The notes: generated by a model not told the origin, from the letters alone. A stretch of DNA of 64,000 nt from an uncultured bacterium (GCA_965552135.1 CBEVQY010000005.1:21391-85390), one strand, 5' to 3'. Positions 1-9,171 are shown, counted from the stretch's first letter. Numbers and translations are program-made.

Positions 1-30
1 CCCTTCTCTCCTTCGTTCCCAATAGCTCAC
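1..30 (-). CDS. N-terminal fragment of an unknown CDS running off the left edge (MSYWERRREG...)
   Basis: Minus-strand GTG at 30-28 next to a GGAGGAGG Shine-Dalgarno-like run, with a sigma70-like promoter upstream; only 10 codons are visible. Confidence 0.4.
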   Translation of the reverse strand, partial: MSYWERRREG

Positions 31-75
31 CTCCTCCCCCTTGTGACTATTTGTTAAGAAAATGACCGTGCAGTC

Positions 76-105
76 ATAATATGGGAAGGTCGTCGGAGAT
101 GTCAA
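76..105 (-). promoter_or_regulatory. Putative sigma70-type promoter for the leftward partial gene
   Basis: Minus strand TTGACA (105-100), 18-nt spacer, TATTAT (81-76). Confidence 0.5.
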
Positions 106-152
106 GCCTTTTTTCGGCGGCAGCACAAAAACCTTGCGCCGCAGTTTTTGCC

Positions 153-182
153 TTGTCACGGAGGCGCGGGAGGCATTAATAT
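153..182 (+). promoter_or_regulatory. Putative sigma70-type promoter of the parAB operon
   Basis: TTGTCA (153-158), 18-nt spacer, TAATAT (177-182). Confidence 0.4.
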
Positions 183-210
183 AGATTTGCGGCAAGGTTT
201 GGGGGCTTTT

Positions 211-999
211 ATGGGTCGGGTCATAGCGATAGCGAACCAAAAGGGCGGTGTGGGCAAGACGACGTCGGCGGTAAACATCTCGGCTTCGCTGGCTGCCGCG
301 GAGCGAAGCGTGCTTCTGGTCGACATCGACCCCCAGGCGAACGCGACATCGGGGCTTGGGGTGAAGGTGGCAAAGTCGCAGCCGACGATCTACGAGGTCC
401 TTTTGGGGATCGCCAGGACCGAAGAGGCTATCGTGAAGTTCCAGGAGCTTTCGATGCTCTCCCTCATCCCGTCCCACATAAGGCTTGTGGGGGCTCAGGT
501 GGAGCTTTTGCAGAAGGAGCGGAGGGAGTTCGTTCTGCGCGAGGCGCTTGAGGGGCTTAGGGAGAGCTTCGAGTACATCATTATCGACTGCCCGCCGTCC
601 TTGGGGATACTGACGATAAACGCCCTCGTCGCCGCCGACACGGTGATAATCCCCATTCAGTGCGAGTACTACGCCCTCGAGGGTCTCGGTCAGCTCCTTA
701 TGACGCTGCGCAGGGTCCAGCGCTCCCTAAACCCAAGGCTTCGGATAGAGGGCGTTTTGCTTACTATGTTCGACCCGCGCCTCAACCTCGCCAAACAGGT
801 CATCCAGCAGGCGCGGAGCTACTTCGGAGATAAGGTGTTTAAAACAGTCGTTCACCGCAACGTGAGGCTTGCCGAGGCGCCGTCGTACGGAAAACCCATC
901 ATCCTCTACGACATCGCCTCAAGGGGGGCGCAAAACTACCTGTCGCTGGCACAGGAGATAATAGATGGCGAGAAAGGGTGGACTGGGCAAAGGGCTTGA
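211..999 (+). CDS. parA: Chromosome partitioning ATPase ParA/Soj
   Basis: NQKGGVGKTT deviant Walker A, DIDPQANAT, IDCPPSLG, PIQCEYYALEG, RLAEAPSYG; start placed at ATG 211. Confidence 0.96.
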   Translation: MGRVIAIANQKGGVGKTTSAVNISASLAAAERSVLLVDIDPQANATSGLGVKVAKSQPTIYEVLLGIARTEEAIVKFQELSMLSLIPSHIRLVGAQVELLQKERREFVLREALEGLRESFEYIIIDCPPSLGILTINALVAADTVIIPIQCEYYALEGLGQLLMTLRRVQRSLNPRLRIEGVLLTMFDPRLNLAKQVIQQARSYFGDKVFKTVVHRNVRLAEAPSYGKPIILYDIASRGAQNYLSLAQEIIDGEKGWTGQRA

Positions 1000-1849
1000 C
1001 GCGATACTTCCGCCCGAGCTTGCCGGCGAGCTTTTGGGCGAATCGGGCGCTGGGGGAAGACTTAAGGAGATCCCCGTCGACGCAATCGCGCCCAACCCCC
1101 ACCAACCCAGGCTCGCGATCGACGAGGAGGCTTTAAAAAGGCTCGCCGACTCGATCCGCCGCGAGGGGGTTTTGCAGCCCGTCCTCGTGGCGCCCGCCGA
1201 CGGCGGGTTCGTCCTCGTCGCAGGCGAGCGCAGATGGCGCGCGGCAAAACTTGCGAAAATCGAAAAAATCCCCGCCATCGTGCTTCCCCAAAAACCGTCC
1301 GAGGAACAGTTCCTCTTCCTGGCGCTCGTGGAGAACCTCCAGCGCGAAGACCTCGACCCCATCGAGGAGGCGGAGGCATACCGCACCCTCTCCGAGCGCT
1401 TCGGGCTCACGCAGGAGGAAATCGCACAACGAGTTGGCAAAAAAAGGTCGACCGTGGCGAACCTCATAAGGCTCCTTAAGCTGCCCGAAGAGGTCAAAGC
1501 TCTTTTGCGACGGCGCAAACTCACCGCCGGCCACGCCATAGTCCTCCTCGAGGAGCGCGACCCCCAGCGCCAAATAAGGCTGGCAAAACTTGCCGCATCG
1601 AGGGGGCTTTCGGTCGAAAGGCTCTCGGTGCTCGTGGCGGGAAGGAAAAGGACGAAGCAACGCGCAAAAAAGCACAAGTCAGCCGAAATCCTCGCCCTCG
1701 AAGAAAGCCTCGAGCTCGCCCTGGGGACAAAGGTGGACATATCCGCCACAAAGAAGAAGGCGAGGCTTACGATAGAATTCTACTCCCTCGAGGAACTTAG
1801 GGACTTTATCATGCGCCTCGTTGCAGGGGAGAGCGATGGGACGGGGTAG
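965..1849 (+). CDS. parB: Chromosome partitioning protein ParB/Spo0J
   Basis: GLGKGLDAIL N-terminus, NPHQPR, AGERRWRAA, ENLQREDL, HTH segment TQEEIAQRVGKKRSTVAN. Confidence 0.96.
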   Translation: MARKGGLGKGLDAILPPELAGELLGESGAGGRLKEIPVDAIAPNPHQPRLAIDEEALKRLADSIRREGVLQPVLVAPADGGFVLVAGERRWRAAKLAKIEKIPAIVLPQKPSEEQFLFLALVENLQREDLDPIEEAEAYRTLSERFGLTQEEIAQRVGKKRSTVANLIRLLKLPEEVKALLRRRKLTAGHAIVLLEERDPQRQIRLAKLAASRGLSVERLSVLVAGRKRTKQRAKKHKSAEILALEESLELALGTKVDISATKKKARLTIEFYSLEELRDFIMRLVAGESDGTG

Positions 1850-2663
1850 GTACATCTCCGTCATTTTTTCGCCCGACGGCGGCGGGAGGAGCCTTGGCGT
1901 GAAGCTTAGGCGCTGGCAGCTTTACGCAGCTTTGGGCGCAGCGGCGCTTGGCTGGTTTATGCTTTTTGCCCTCGCCGGCGCTGCGGCGCTTGTGGCGCGC
2001 TTCGAGCTCGACAGAAGAGCGCTTGTCGCCGAAAACCAAAGGCTCAGGGTAGCCCTCGCCAAAGCCGATTCGCTAAGGCTCGAGCTCGAGCAGCTCCGCA
2101 GAATGCGCCAACTTATGGAGCGTGCACTCCTTGTCGCCGACAAAAAGCTCGGTCCAGAACGCCAAAGGGTGCGGTTTGTCCCCAGCAAGCGGCTTACAAG
2201 CTCCGCATTCGTTCCCCAAAGCGGACTTCCGGAGCTTGCCCAGTACCTCGAGGACCTCGCGAGAGCCGAGGCGTACATCCCCACGGGTCTTCCCGCCCCG
2301 GGCGTTGTGACGGCTCGCTTCGGGCAAAGCGGCGGCGTGTTCAAAGAGCCCCACCAGGGCGTCGACATCCTCCTGCCCACAGGGACCCCCGTGACAGCCA
2401 CGGCAAACGGAATCATCCTCGCAACGGGCGAAGACAAAGACCTCGGAAACTTCGTGAAGATCAACCACCTAAACGGCTACTCAACGGTCTACGGGCACCT
2501 GTCGGAGATACTGGTATCCCCCGGCGATCCGGTAAGCCGCGGCGAGGTGATAGGTTACAGCGGGCAGAGCGGGAAAGCATATCGCCCTCACCTGCACTAC
2601 GAGGTGCGCCTGAACGGAAAACCCATAGACCCTCTCGCCAAAACCGCACCGAAAACAAAATAA
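1836..2663 (+). CDS. M23 family peptidoglycan metallopeptidase, membrane-anchored with coiled coil
   Basis: HQGVD (HxxxD), YGHL and PHLHYEV (HxH) motifs; N-terminal TM helix and coiled coil. Confidence 0.9.
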   Translation: MGRGRYISVIFSPDGGGRSLGVKLRRWQLYAALGAAALGWFMLFALAGAAALVARFELDRRALVAENQRLRVALAKADSLRLELEQLRRMRQLMERALLVADKKLGPERQRVRFVPSKRLTSSAFVPQSGLPELAQYLEDLARAEAYIPTGLPAPGVVTARFGQSGGVFKEPHQGVDILLPTGTPVTATANGIILATGEDKDLGNFVKINHLNGYSTVYGHLSEILVSPGDPVSRGEVIGYSGQSGKAYRPHLHYEVRLNGKPIDPLAKTAPKTK

Positions 2664-2715
2664 TTGCGAAAACGAAGCTATCCTCTATTTTTGGAAAACC
2701 AAAGGGCGGTGGAGT

Positions 2716-3111
2716 ATGCCTTGGGTGTTTGGTTTGAAATCGACGGGGGCATCTGATCACCTAAACACCATAGTCGGCGAGGGGACGAGCATCTCTGGCG
2801 AGCTTTTGGTCTCCGGCAGCGTCAGGATAGACGGCGAGTTTCGCGGAACGCTTTCCGCAACGGGGCACCTGACCGTGGGGCAGAACGGCACCATAAGAGC
2901 CGAGGGAACGATACACTGCCAAAGCGCGCACATAGCCGGCAAGGTCTTCGGCGACCTCGTTGCGCCCAAGCGCGTCCACCTGACGAAAACCGCCACCCTA
3001 AACGGAAACATCACAACGCAGGTGCTCATAATCGAGGAGGGGGCGGTGTTCAACGGCCGAAGCGAGATGGGAGGCGTGGATGATACGATGGCTGAGGATC
3101 AAAAACTTTAA
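2716..3111 (+). CDS. Bactofilin (polymer-forming cytoskeletal protein, CcmA family)
   Basis: TIVGEGTSISGEL..RIDGEFRG..IEEGAVFNG beta-helix pattern; follows an M23 gene. Confidence 0.9.
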   Translation: MPWVFGLKSTGASDHLNTIVGEGTSISGELLVSGSVRIDGEFRGTLSATGHLTVGQNGTIRAEGTIHCQSAHIAGKVFGDLVAPKRVHLTKTATLNGNITTQVLIIEEGAVFNGRSEMGGVDDTMAEDQKL

Positions 3112-3130
3112 ATGCCTGCGCGCTCCAAAG

Positions 3131-3170
3131 TTATCCACACTGTTGGCAAGCTGTTGATAACTCATCCACA
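3131..3170. promoter_or_regulatory. DnaA-box cluster
   Basis: TTATCCACA (3131-3139, perfect), TGTTGATAA (3152-3160, reverse complement TTATCAACA), TCATCCACA (3162-3170) and a weak TGTTGGCAA (3141-3149), all within 40 bp. Confidence 0.7.
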
Positions 3171-3187
3171 GCGGGGTGATAAGGGCT

Positions 3188-3490
3188 ATGGAAAGGATCG
3201 TGGAAAGGATAAAGTCCGCGGAGGAGGAGGCGGCAAAGCTTGTGGCCAAAGCCGAAGCCGAGGGCAAAAAGATGCTCGCCGAAAAGAAAGCTGAGCTGCA
3301 AAAGCGCCAACAACAGCTCGAGCAGCAAATCCGCCAAATGCTCGAGGAGGCGCGAAAACAGGGAGAGGAGGAAGCCCAAGCCCAAATCGAGCGCCTCCAA
3401 AGCGAAACCCAAGAAAAGCTCGCGCAGCTCCAGCAAAAGTTCGACGAGGCAAAAGAGGAGCTTTTGGACTTCATCCTCAAGGAGATCTGA
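3188..3490 (+). CDS. V/A-type ATPase peripheral stalk subunit G/H
   Basis: About 100 aa charged helical protein starting IVERIKSAEEEA, directly upstream of subunit I. Confidence 0.75.
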   Translation: MERIVERIKSAEEEAAKLVAKAEAEGKKMLAEKKAELQKRQQQLEQQIRQMLEEARKQGEEEAQAQIERLQSETQEKLAQLQQKFDEAKEELLDFILKEI

Positions 3491-3493
3491 GCC

Positions 3494-5437
3494 ATGGCGA
3501 CGGTGCCAATGACAAAGATCGGCATAATCGGCTACAAGGGCGACTGGCAGTCCATCGTTCCGTTTTTGCAGCGCGAGGGCGTCGTCGAGATCGTCCCCCT
3601 CAGGGATGCTGAGGAGCGTCCTGCGGAGCTCGAGAATCTTTTGCGCAGAGTCGACGCAGCGGCAGCGTTCATTTGCGAAAGCCTGCCACAAAAGCCGCAA
3701 AAACCCATACTCGCCCCCAAGGAGGCGGCTAAGATCATCGAGTCGTTCCCCGCAGAAGAGGTTCTCCGGCGCGTTGAGGAGCTCAGGCAGCGCAGGGACG
3801 AAGCCAACGCAAAGCTCAATCGCGCGCAAAACCTCATCCTCATGCTAAAGCCATGGACGCCATGCACAACGCCACTTGGGATGATAAAGGACACGACCCA
3901 CTGCTGCATAAGGATGGGCACGATACCGTCCCACCTCGTCGAGACATTCGAGAAGGAGGCGGAGGAACAAGAGCTTTTCTTCTGGAGGGAGATCTCGCGC
4001 GGGCACGAGGGGATGCACCTGATCGTCGTCTTCCACAAAGCGATATCCGACTGGGCGTTGGGGCTTTTGGCGAAGGTGGAGTTCACACACTGGGAGCCGA
4101 AGCAGTTCAGGCGAACGGTTGCGGAGGAGCTTTTGATCCTTGAGTCCGAGGTCGCAGAGGCTCGTGCGGAGCTTGAGGAGGTCGCGAAGCAGGCGCAAAA
4201 GCTTAAGAAGCACCTTTTGGGGCTCTGGCTTTACGCCGACCACATCGAGCAGCTCATAGAGCAGCACGAGGTCGTTGCGGCGGCATCGCACACGCAAAAG
4301 ACCTTCGCGCTGCAGGGATGGATACCCAAAAAGCTTTTGCCCCACCTGCGAAGGCGCCTCGAGGTCGCATTCGATACGGTCGAGGTGGTCGAACTGCCAA
4401 CCCTGCCCGAGGACGAGCCGCCGGTCGCCCTGAAAAACCCGTTCTTCGTCGAGGCGTTCGAGATCATAACCGACCTCTACGGGCGCCCCCGCAAAGGCAT
4501 GGTCGACCCAACGCCGTTTATGGCGCCGTTTTTCGCGATATATTTCGCCCTATGCCTCACCGACGCAGGATACGGGCTCTTGCTCACGCTTATCGCGACC
4601 GCGGGGCTCCTTTGGGCAAAGGTCCCTTCGGTTAGGAAGTTCTTCAGGATGATCCTCTACGTCGGCGTTCTGACCATAGGCGCGGGGATAATAACGGGCG
4701 GATATTTCGGCATAAAGCTTCCGCCGCCAAGCGAGGCAACAGGGCTTGCCAAGCTCGCCCTATCGCTCAAACTCTTCGACCCGCTGCGGGACATCATGGT
4801 CTTCTTCGCGCTTTCGATCGCACTGGGGATCGTGCAGCTTTCGGTCGGCTTTATCCTTGCGGGCTACGTGCAGCTTAGGGAGGCGAAGGGCGCGGCGCAG
4901 TACCTGCACGCAATAGTCGTCACACTCGCCTGGGTGGCGGCAACGGTCGGCGTGGGGATGTTCGTGATCTACAAAACTCTCCCAAACGAGCTTCCGACGT
5001 TCAAGGACATGGGTGTCCGAATCCTCGAGTACGGAGCCTTGGGGATCGCAGGAGGGCATCTGATCCTCGGTCCCCTTGCCGGGAAATCGATCGGAACATC
5101 CATCGGAAACGCCTTCGGGTTCGACGGGCTTTACGGGATAATCGGCGTCTTCTCCGACCTCCTCTCCTTCGTCAGGCTGACGGCTCTGGGGCTTTCGACG
5201 GGGATAGTGGCTGGCGTGATAACAGGGATGACCTTGCAGATGAAGGGCGCGCTCCTTCTGGCTGGGATCGTCATCCTTGTAGGAGGACACATCTTCTACT
5301 GTCTCTTCTCGTCCCTGGGCGCCTTCGTCCACCCAACCCGACTGCAGTTCGTTGAGTTCTTCAGCAAGTTCTACGAATCGGGCGGAAAGCCCTTTGAGCC
5401 CTTCAGGCGCAGGTACAAACGGGTCGAGGTGATCTGA
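3494..5437 (+). CDS. ntpI: V/A-type ATP synthase subunit I (a)
   Basis: MTKIGIIG, LQGWIP, DPTPFMAPFF..LTDAGYG, DLLSFVRL (essential Arg), RLQFVEFFSKFYESGGKPFEPF. Confidence 0.95.
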   Translation: MATVPMTKIGIIGYKGDWQSIVPFLQREGVVEIVPLRDAEERPAELENLLRRVDAAAAFICESLPQKPQKPILAPKEAAKIIESFPAEEVLRRVEELRQRRDEANAKLNRAQNLILMLKPWTPCTTPLGMIKDTTHCCIRMGTIPSHLVETFEKEAEEQELFFWREISRGHEGMHLIVVFHKAISDWALGLLAKVEFTHWEPKQFRRTVAEELLILESEVAEARAELEEVAKQAQKLKKHLLGLWLYADHIEQLIEQHEVVAAASHTQKTFALQGWIPKKLLPHLRRRLEVAFDTVEVVELPTLPEDEPPVALKNPFFVEAFEIITDLYGRPRKGMVDPTPFMAPFFAIYFALCLTDAGYGLLLTLIATAGLLWAKVPSVRKFFRMILYVGVLTIGAGIITGGYFGIKLPPPSEATGLAKLALSLKLFDPLRDIMVFFALSIALGIVQLSVGFILAGYVQLREAKGAAQYLHAIVVTLAWVAATVGVGMFVIYKTLPNELPTFKDMGVRILEYGALGIAGGHLILGPLAGKSIGTSIGNAFGFDGLYGIIGVFSDLLSFVRLTALGLSTGIVAGVITGMTLQMKGALLLAGIVILVGGHIFYCLFSSLGAFVHPTRLQFVEFFSKFYESGGKPFEPFRRRYKRVEVI

Positions 5438-5448
5438 GGGGGCAGGCT

Positions 5449-6207
5449 ATGCCTTTTCATCCGGTCGAGCACATGGTTCTTGCGGGTCTTGGCGGTGATG
5501 TCGTTTTAGAGCTTGGCTGCGGCAGCGGAAGAACCGCGGAGGAGCTGGGCAAGCTCTTCCGAAGCGTCGTCGGCGTGGACCCGGATTTCTCAGCCGTCGC
5601 CTCGGTGGAGGCGCGGGAAAGGTATTTGTGCGCGCCCAACTTCTCCGTCGTCGTCGGCGCAGGAGATGGACTGCCGTTCCCCCAAAACACCTTCGACGGC
5701 GTCGTCTCGCACTGGGCGCTCCACCACTACCGATATCCGCTTGCCGTCCTCAGGGAGGCGTATGCGGTTCTCAAGCCCGGCGGATGGCTTTACCTCGCCG
5801 ACGGCGTCGACTACCCCGAACAAAAGCTTACGCCAAAACAGAGAAACCACCTTGTGTTCCACAAGCTTGCCGTCGCCGCCGACAGAGCCAGAAGACGCGA
5901 CCACTTCCCGCCCCGCAGCGCAAAGGCGATGCGCAAACTCGTCGAACTTGCAGGCTTCCGCGTCGAGCGAAGCGACCTTGTAACCTCCGAGGACCCAAAC
6001 GACTCCCGCCGCGAAAACGACTACATAAAAAGCTACACCGAAACGCTATCCAAACTTGTGCAACAAATGCTTGAAACGGGCGAAAAAGAGCTTGCCGCAA
6101 AGCTCGAAAGGCTCTCTGAGTCGATCAGAAACGAGGGGATACGGATGGGTCCCTTTGCGATAATAGTCGGGAGGAAAGGTCGAGTGCTTGCACACTCGGG
6201 CGCTTGA
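5449..6207 (+). CDS. Class I SAM-dependent methyltransferase
   Basis: VLELGCGSG motif I, LPFPQNTFDGV, VLKPGGWL. Confidence 0.85.
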   Translation: MPFHPVEHMVLAGLGGDVVLELGCGSGRTAEELGKLFRSVVGVDPDFSAVASVEARERYLCAPNFSVVVGAGDGLPFPQNTFDGVVSHWALHHYRYPLAVLREAYAVLKPGGWLYLADGVDYPEQKLTPKQRNHLVFHKLAVAADRARRRDHFPPRSAKAMRKLVELAGFRVERSDLVTSEDPNDSRRENDYIKSYTETLSKLVQQMLETGEKELAAKLERLSESIRNEGIRMGPFAIIVGRKGRVLAHSGA

Positions 6208-6249
6208 GGATAACTTTTGGGGATTTCGTCAGATCGAAAGGAGGTATCG

Positions 6250-6804
6250 ATGCGGGCAGCGAGGTTGGCGATTTTGCTGGGTTTGCTGCTTTTTGCGGCC
6301 GGAGCTTGGGCGCAGGTTGCAGCCGAAGCAGAAGCGAAGGGGAGCTGGTTCAGGTGGGACCCTGTTGCCCTGGCGCTCTTCGGAGCAGGTGTGGCTGCTG
6401 TGCTTTCGGGCGTGGGATCATCCATCGGCATAGGGATTGCGGGCGGAATGGCAACGGGGGCGATGCAGGAGAAGCCCGAGCTTTTCGGAAGGTTTTTGCC
6501 GCTTGCCGCAGCACCAGGAACGCAGGGAATCTACGGCATCGTCACAGCCGTGCTCATCCTGGGCAAGATCACGTCGGGGATGTCGCTTGAGGTTGGCTGG
6601 CAGCTTTTCTTCGCGGGATTGCCCATCGGGTTTGCCGGGCTTGCGTCGGCAGTATACCAGGGGAAGGTCTGCGCAAGCGGCGTGGGCCTGGTCGTGAAGG
6701 ACCCCGGGCAGTTCGGTAAGGCGCTTGTGATGGCGGTGCTCGTCGAGTTCTACGCCCTGCTCGGGCTTCTGACAAGCATCCTCATGCTGGGCAAGATAGG
6801 CTAA
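6250..6804 (+). CDS. ntpK: V/A-type ATP synthase subunit K (c, four-helix), with an N-terminal signal-like segment
   Basis: PGTQGIYG, YQGKV, VLVEFYALLG; AAGGAGGT RBS before ATG 6250. Confidence 0.93.
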   Translation: MRAARLAILLGLLLFAAGAWAQVAAEAEAKGSWFRWDPVALALFGAGVAAVLSGVGSSIGIGIAGGMATGAMQEKPELFGRFLPLAAAPGTQGIYGIVTAVLILGKITSGMSLEVGWQLFFAGLPIGFAGLASAVYQGKVCASGVGLVVKDPGQFGKALVMAVLVEFYALLGLLTSILMLGKIG

Positions 6805-6819
6805 GCGCGGAGGTGGGAG

Positions 6820-7401
6820 TTGGGCATTGACGGGATAATAGATCGCATAAGGCGCGACGCGGCGGCAGAGGCAGAGGCGATAAAACAACGGTATCTTTCC
6901 GAGGTCGAGCGGCTTGAGCGTGAGTTTGAGGAGAAAAGCCGCGCCGCCCTTGAGGATGGTCGTCGCCGCGCAGAAAACGAAAAAGCCCGCGCAAAAGCCC
7001 GCGCAATCGAACACGCAAAGCTTGTGCTGTCGCAAAAGGTGCTCGCAAAAAAGCTCGAACTTTTAGAAAAAATCTACAGCGCCGTAAAAGAGCGCATCGA
7101 AAACCTCCCACACAAGGAGTACAAAAAGCTTTTCGCCACGGTTTTAGCAAAACTCGGCGAGCGAAGGGGCAAAATAGTCGTCGCCGCCGACGCCGATGTG
7201 CTGGACGAGGAGTTCGTAAGACTTGCCGTCGAAAAGCTTGGCGAGGGGTGCGAGTTCGAGCTCGAAAGGACCTCCGACGAAGACTTCAGGGGCTTCATCC
7301 TCGTGCGCGACAAAATAAGGTACAACGTCACACTCGACGCCCTGCTTGAGGACGTCAGGGAGCGAACGGAGGAGGAGGTCATAAAAAGGCTTTTCGGATA
7401 A
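6820..7401 (+). CDS. ntpE: V/A-type ATP synthase subunit E
   Basis: MGIDGIIDRI..GFIL..YNVTLDALL..RLFG; TTG start after GGAGG. Confidence 0.88.
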   Translation: MGIDGIIDRIRRDAAAEAEAIKQRYLSEVERLEREFEEKSRAALEDGRRRAENEKARAKARAIEHAKLVLSQKVLAKKLELLEKIYSAVKERIENLPHKEYKKLFATVLAKLGERRGKIVVAADADVLDEEFVRLAVEKLGEGCEFELERTSDEDFRGFILVRDKIRYNVTLDALLEDVRERTEEEVIKRLFG

Positions 7402-7426
7402 GGCCTGTCGAACAAGGGGGTGGGGC

Positions 7427-8176
7427 GTGAGAGGCTTTCTTGCAGCGCTTGGGTGTGCTTTTTTGGCTTTCGCGCAGGTCTCGTGTCAGCCCAGCGAAAG
7501 CCAGTTCGACTCGCTGAGGGAGTCGATGGTCAAGTACCAGATCGAGGCGCGCGGGATAAGCGACCCAAGGGTCCTTGCGGCGATGAGGAAGGTCAAAAGG
7601 CACCTTTTTGTTCCGAAGGCTCTCCGGCTCTTCGCATACGACGACAGACCGCTCCCCATAGGCGAGGGACAAACGATATCGCAGCCGTACATCGTTGCGC
7701 TTATGACGGAGCTCCTCGACCTCGACGGCGACGAAAAGGTGCTCGAGGTAGGCACAGGCTCAGGATACCAGGCGGCTATACTCGCCCTGCTCGCAAAGGA
7801 GGTTTACACCATAGAGATTCTGCCCGTGCTTGCGCAGCGGGCAGACTCGCTCCTTAAAAGCCTTGGATACGAAAACGTCCACGTAAGGTGCGGGGATGGC
7901 TACCTCGGCTGGCCCGAAGAAGCCCCCTTCGACGGAATCATCGTCACATGCGCACCGCCAATCATTCCAAAGCCGCTTGTGGAGCAGCTTGCGGACGGCG
8001 GAAGAATGGTCATCCCGGTCGGCGAGGGATACCAGGAGCTCATCCTCCTGCGCAAACACGACGGGAGGATCGACACGACGTCCGTCATCCCCGTGCGCTT
8101 CGTACCGATGACGGGCGAAGGGATAAAAAAGGCGCTTGAGCAAAAATCAAGCGGAAGCCCGGAGGAGCGAAGATGA
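7427..8176 (+). CDS. pcm: Protein-L-isoaspartate(D-aspartate) O-methyltransferase
   Basis: RHLFVP, PIGEGQTISQPYIVALM, VLEVGTGSGYQAA, GDGYLGWPEEAPFDGI, VRFVPM. Confidence 0.95.
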   Translation: MRGFLAALGCAFLAFAQVSCQPSESQFDSLRESMVKYQIEARGISDPRVLAAMRKVKRHLFVPKALRLFAYDDRPLPIGEGQTISQPYIVALMTELLDLDGDEKVLEVGTGSGYQAAILALLAKEVYTIEILPVLAQRADSLLKSLGYENVHVRCGDGYLGWPEEAPFDGIIVTCAPPIIPKPLVEQLADGGRMVIPVGEGYQELILLRKHDGRIDTTSVIPVRFVPMTGEGIKKALEQKSSGSPEERR

Positions 8177-9171
8177 AGCCTCCGCTCATATTCAAGGGTG
8201 ATCCGGACTACGCCTACGCCTCGGGCGTTGTGCGCGGGCTGGAGCCCTATATCCTCACCAAGGCGGACTACCAGAAGATCCTCGACGCCGACGAGAACCA
8301 ACTCGGTCTTGTGCTTTCGGAGCTTGGCTACGGCGGCGGAGAACACAATCCAGAGCACGCCCTCGACATCGCCACCGACCTCCTCTTCGCCACCATCGAC
8401 AAGCTCTCGAAGCACAAAAAGTTCACCGACCTTTTGAAGCTCAGGTACGATTTCCACAAATCGAGCGTTGTCTTCAAGGCGCGCATTTTGGGGCGCGAGG
8501 TGCCGCCGCTTGTGCCGTGGGGAACGATTCCCACCGACGAGCTTGTCGCCGGCATAAACGCCTTCGTCGAAGGCGGCGAGGCAAAGCTGCCAAAACCCAT
8601 AATCGACGGGCTTGCGCTCGGGAAGAAGCTTTTTGCAGCCTACAACGCCGTCCTCGCCATCGACATAGCGCTCGATAAGACCTTCATCACACACGCCCGC
8701 TCTGTCCTGCCGAAGGGGGAGTACTTCAGCCGCTGGTTCGCGCTCTACTCGGACTGGTTGAACACGAAGTCGTTCGTCCGCATCGTCCGAAGCGGCGTGC
8801 CCACAAAACTTTTCTGGGAAATCTTCTGCGACGGCGGGGACATCGGAAGAGCCGTCTTCGCGCGCGCCCTCGAAGGCGAAAACGAACAGATCCCCCAAGC
8901 CTTCGCAAACACAGAGTACGGCAAAAGGCTTGTGGACGTGCTAAGGCTTGTGTGGCGCGGAAAACTCGTTGCCCTCGACGCCTTCTTCAGCGCCAAAATG
9001 CGCGAACTCTTCAGATACACAAGATACTGCCCGTACGGGCTTGAGATCGTCTGGGCTTATGCCTGCATGCGCCTTGAGGAGATAAGCACGCTTCGGACGA
9101 TACTTCGCGCGAAGAAGGCGCAGCTTCCCCGCGAAACCCTCAAGGAGGTGATATCGGTTGCCCTGGAGTAA
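8173..9171 (+). CDS. ntpC: V/A-type ATP synthase subunit C (d)
   Basis: YAYASGVVRGLE N-terminus, YDFH, DWLN, EISTLRTIL; position within the operon. Confidence 0.8.
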   Translation: MKPPLIFKGDPDYAYASGVVRGLEPYILTKADYQKILDADENQLGLVLSELGYGGGEHNPEHALDIATDLLFATIDKLSKHKKFTDLLKLRYDFHKSSVVFKARILGREVPPLVPWGTIPTDELVAGINAFVEGGEAKLPKPIIDGLALGKKLFAAYNAVLAIDIALDKTFITHARSVLPKGEYFSRWFALYSDWLNTKSFVRIVRSGVPTKLFWEIFCDGGDIGRAVFARALEGENEQIPQAFANTEYGKRLVDVLRLVWRGKLVALDAFFSAKMRELFRYTRYCPYGLEIVWAYACMRLEEISTLRTILRAKKAQLPRETLKEVISVALE

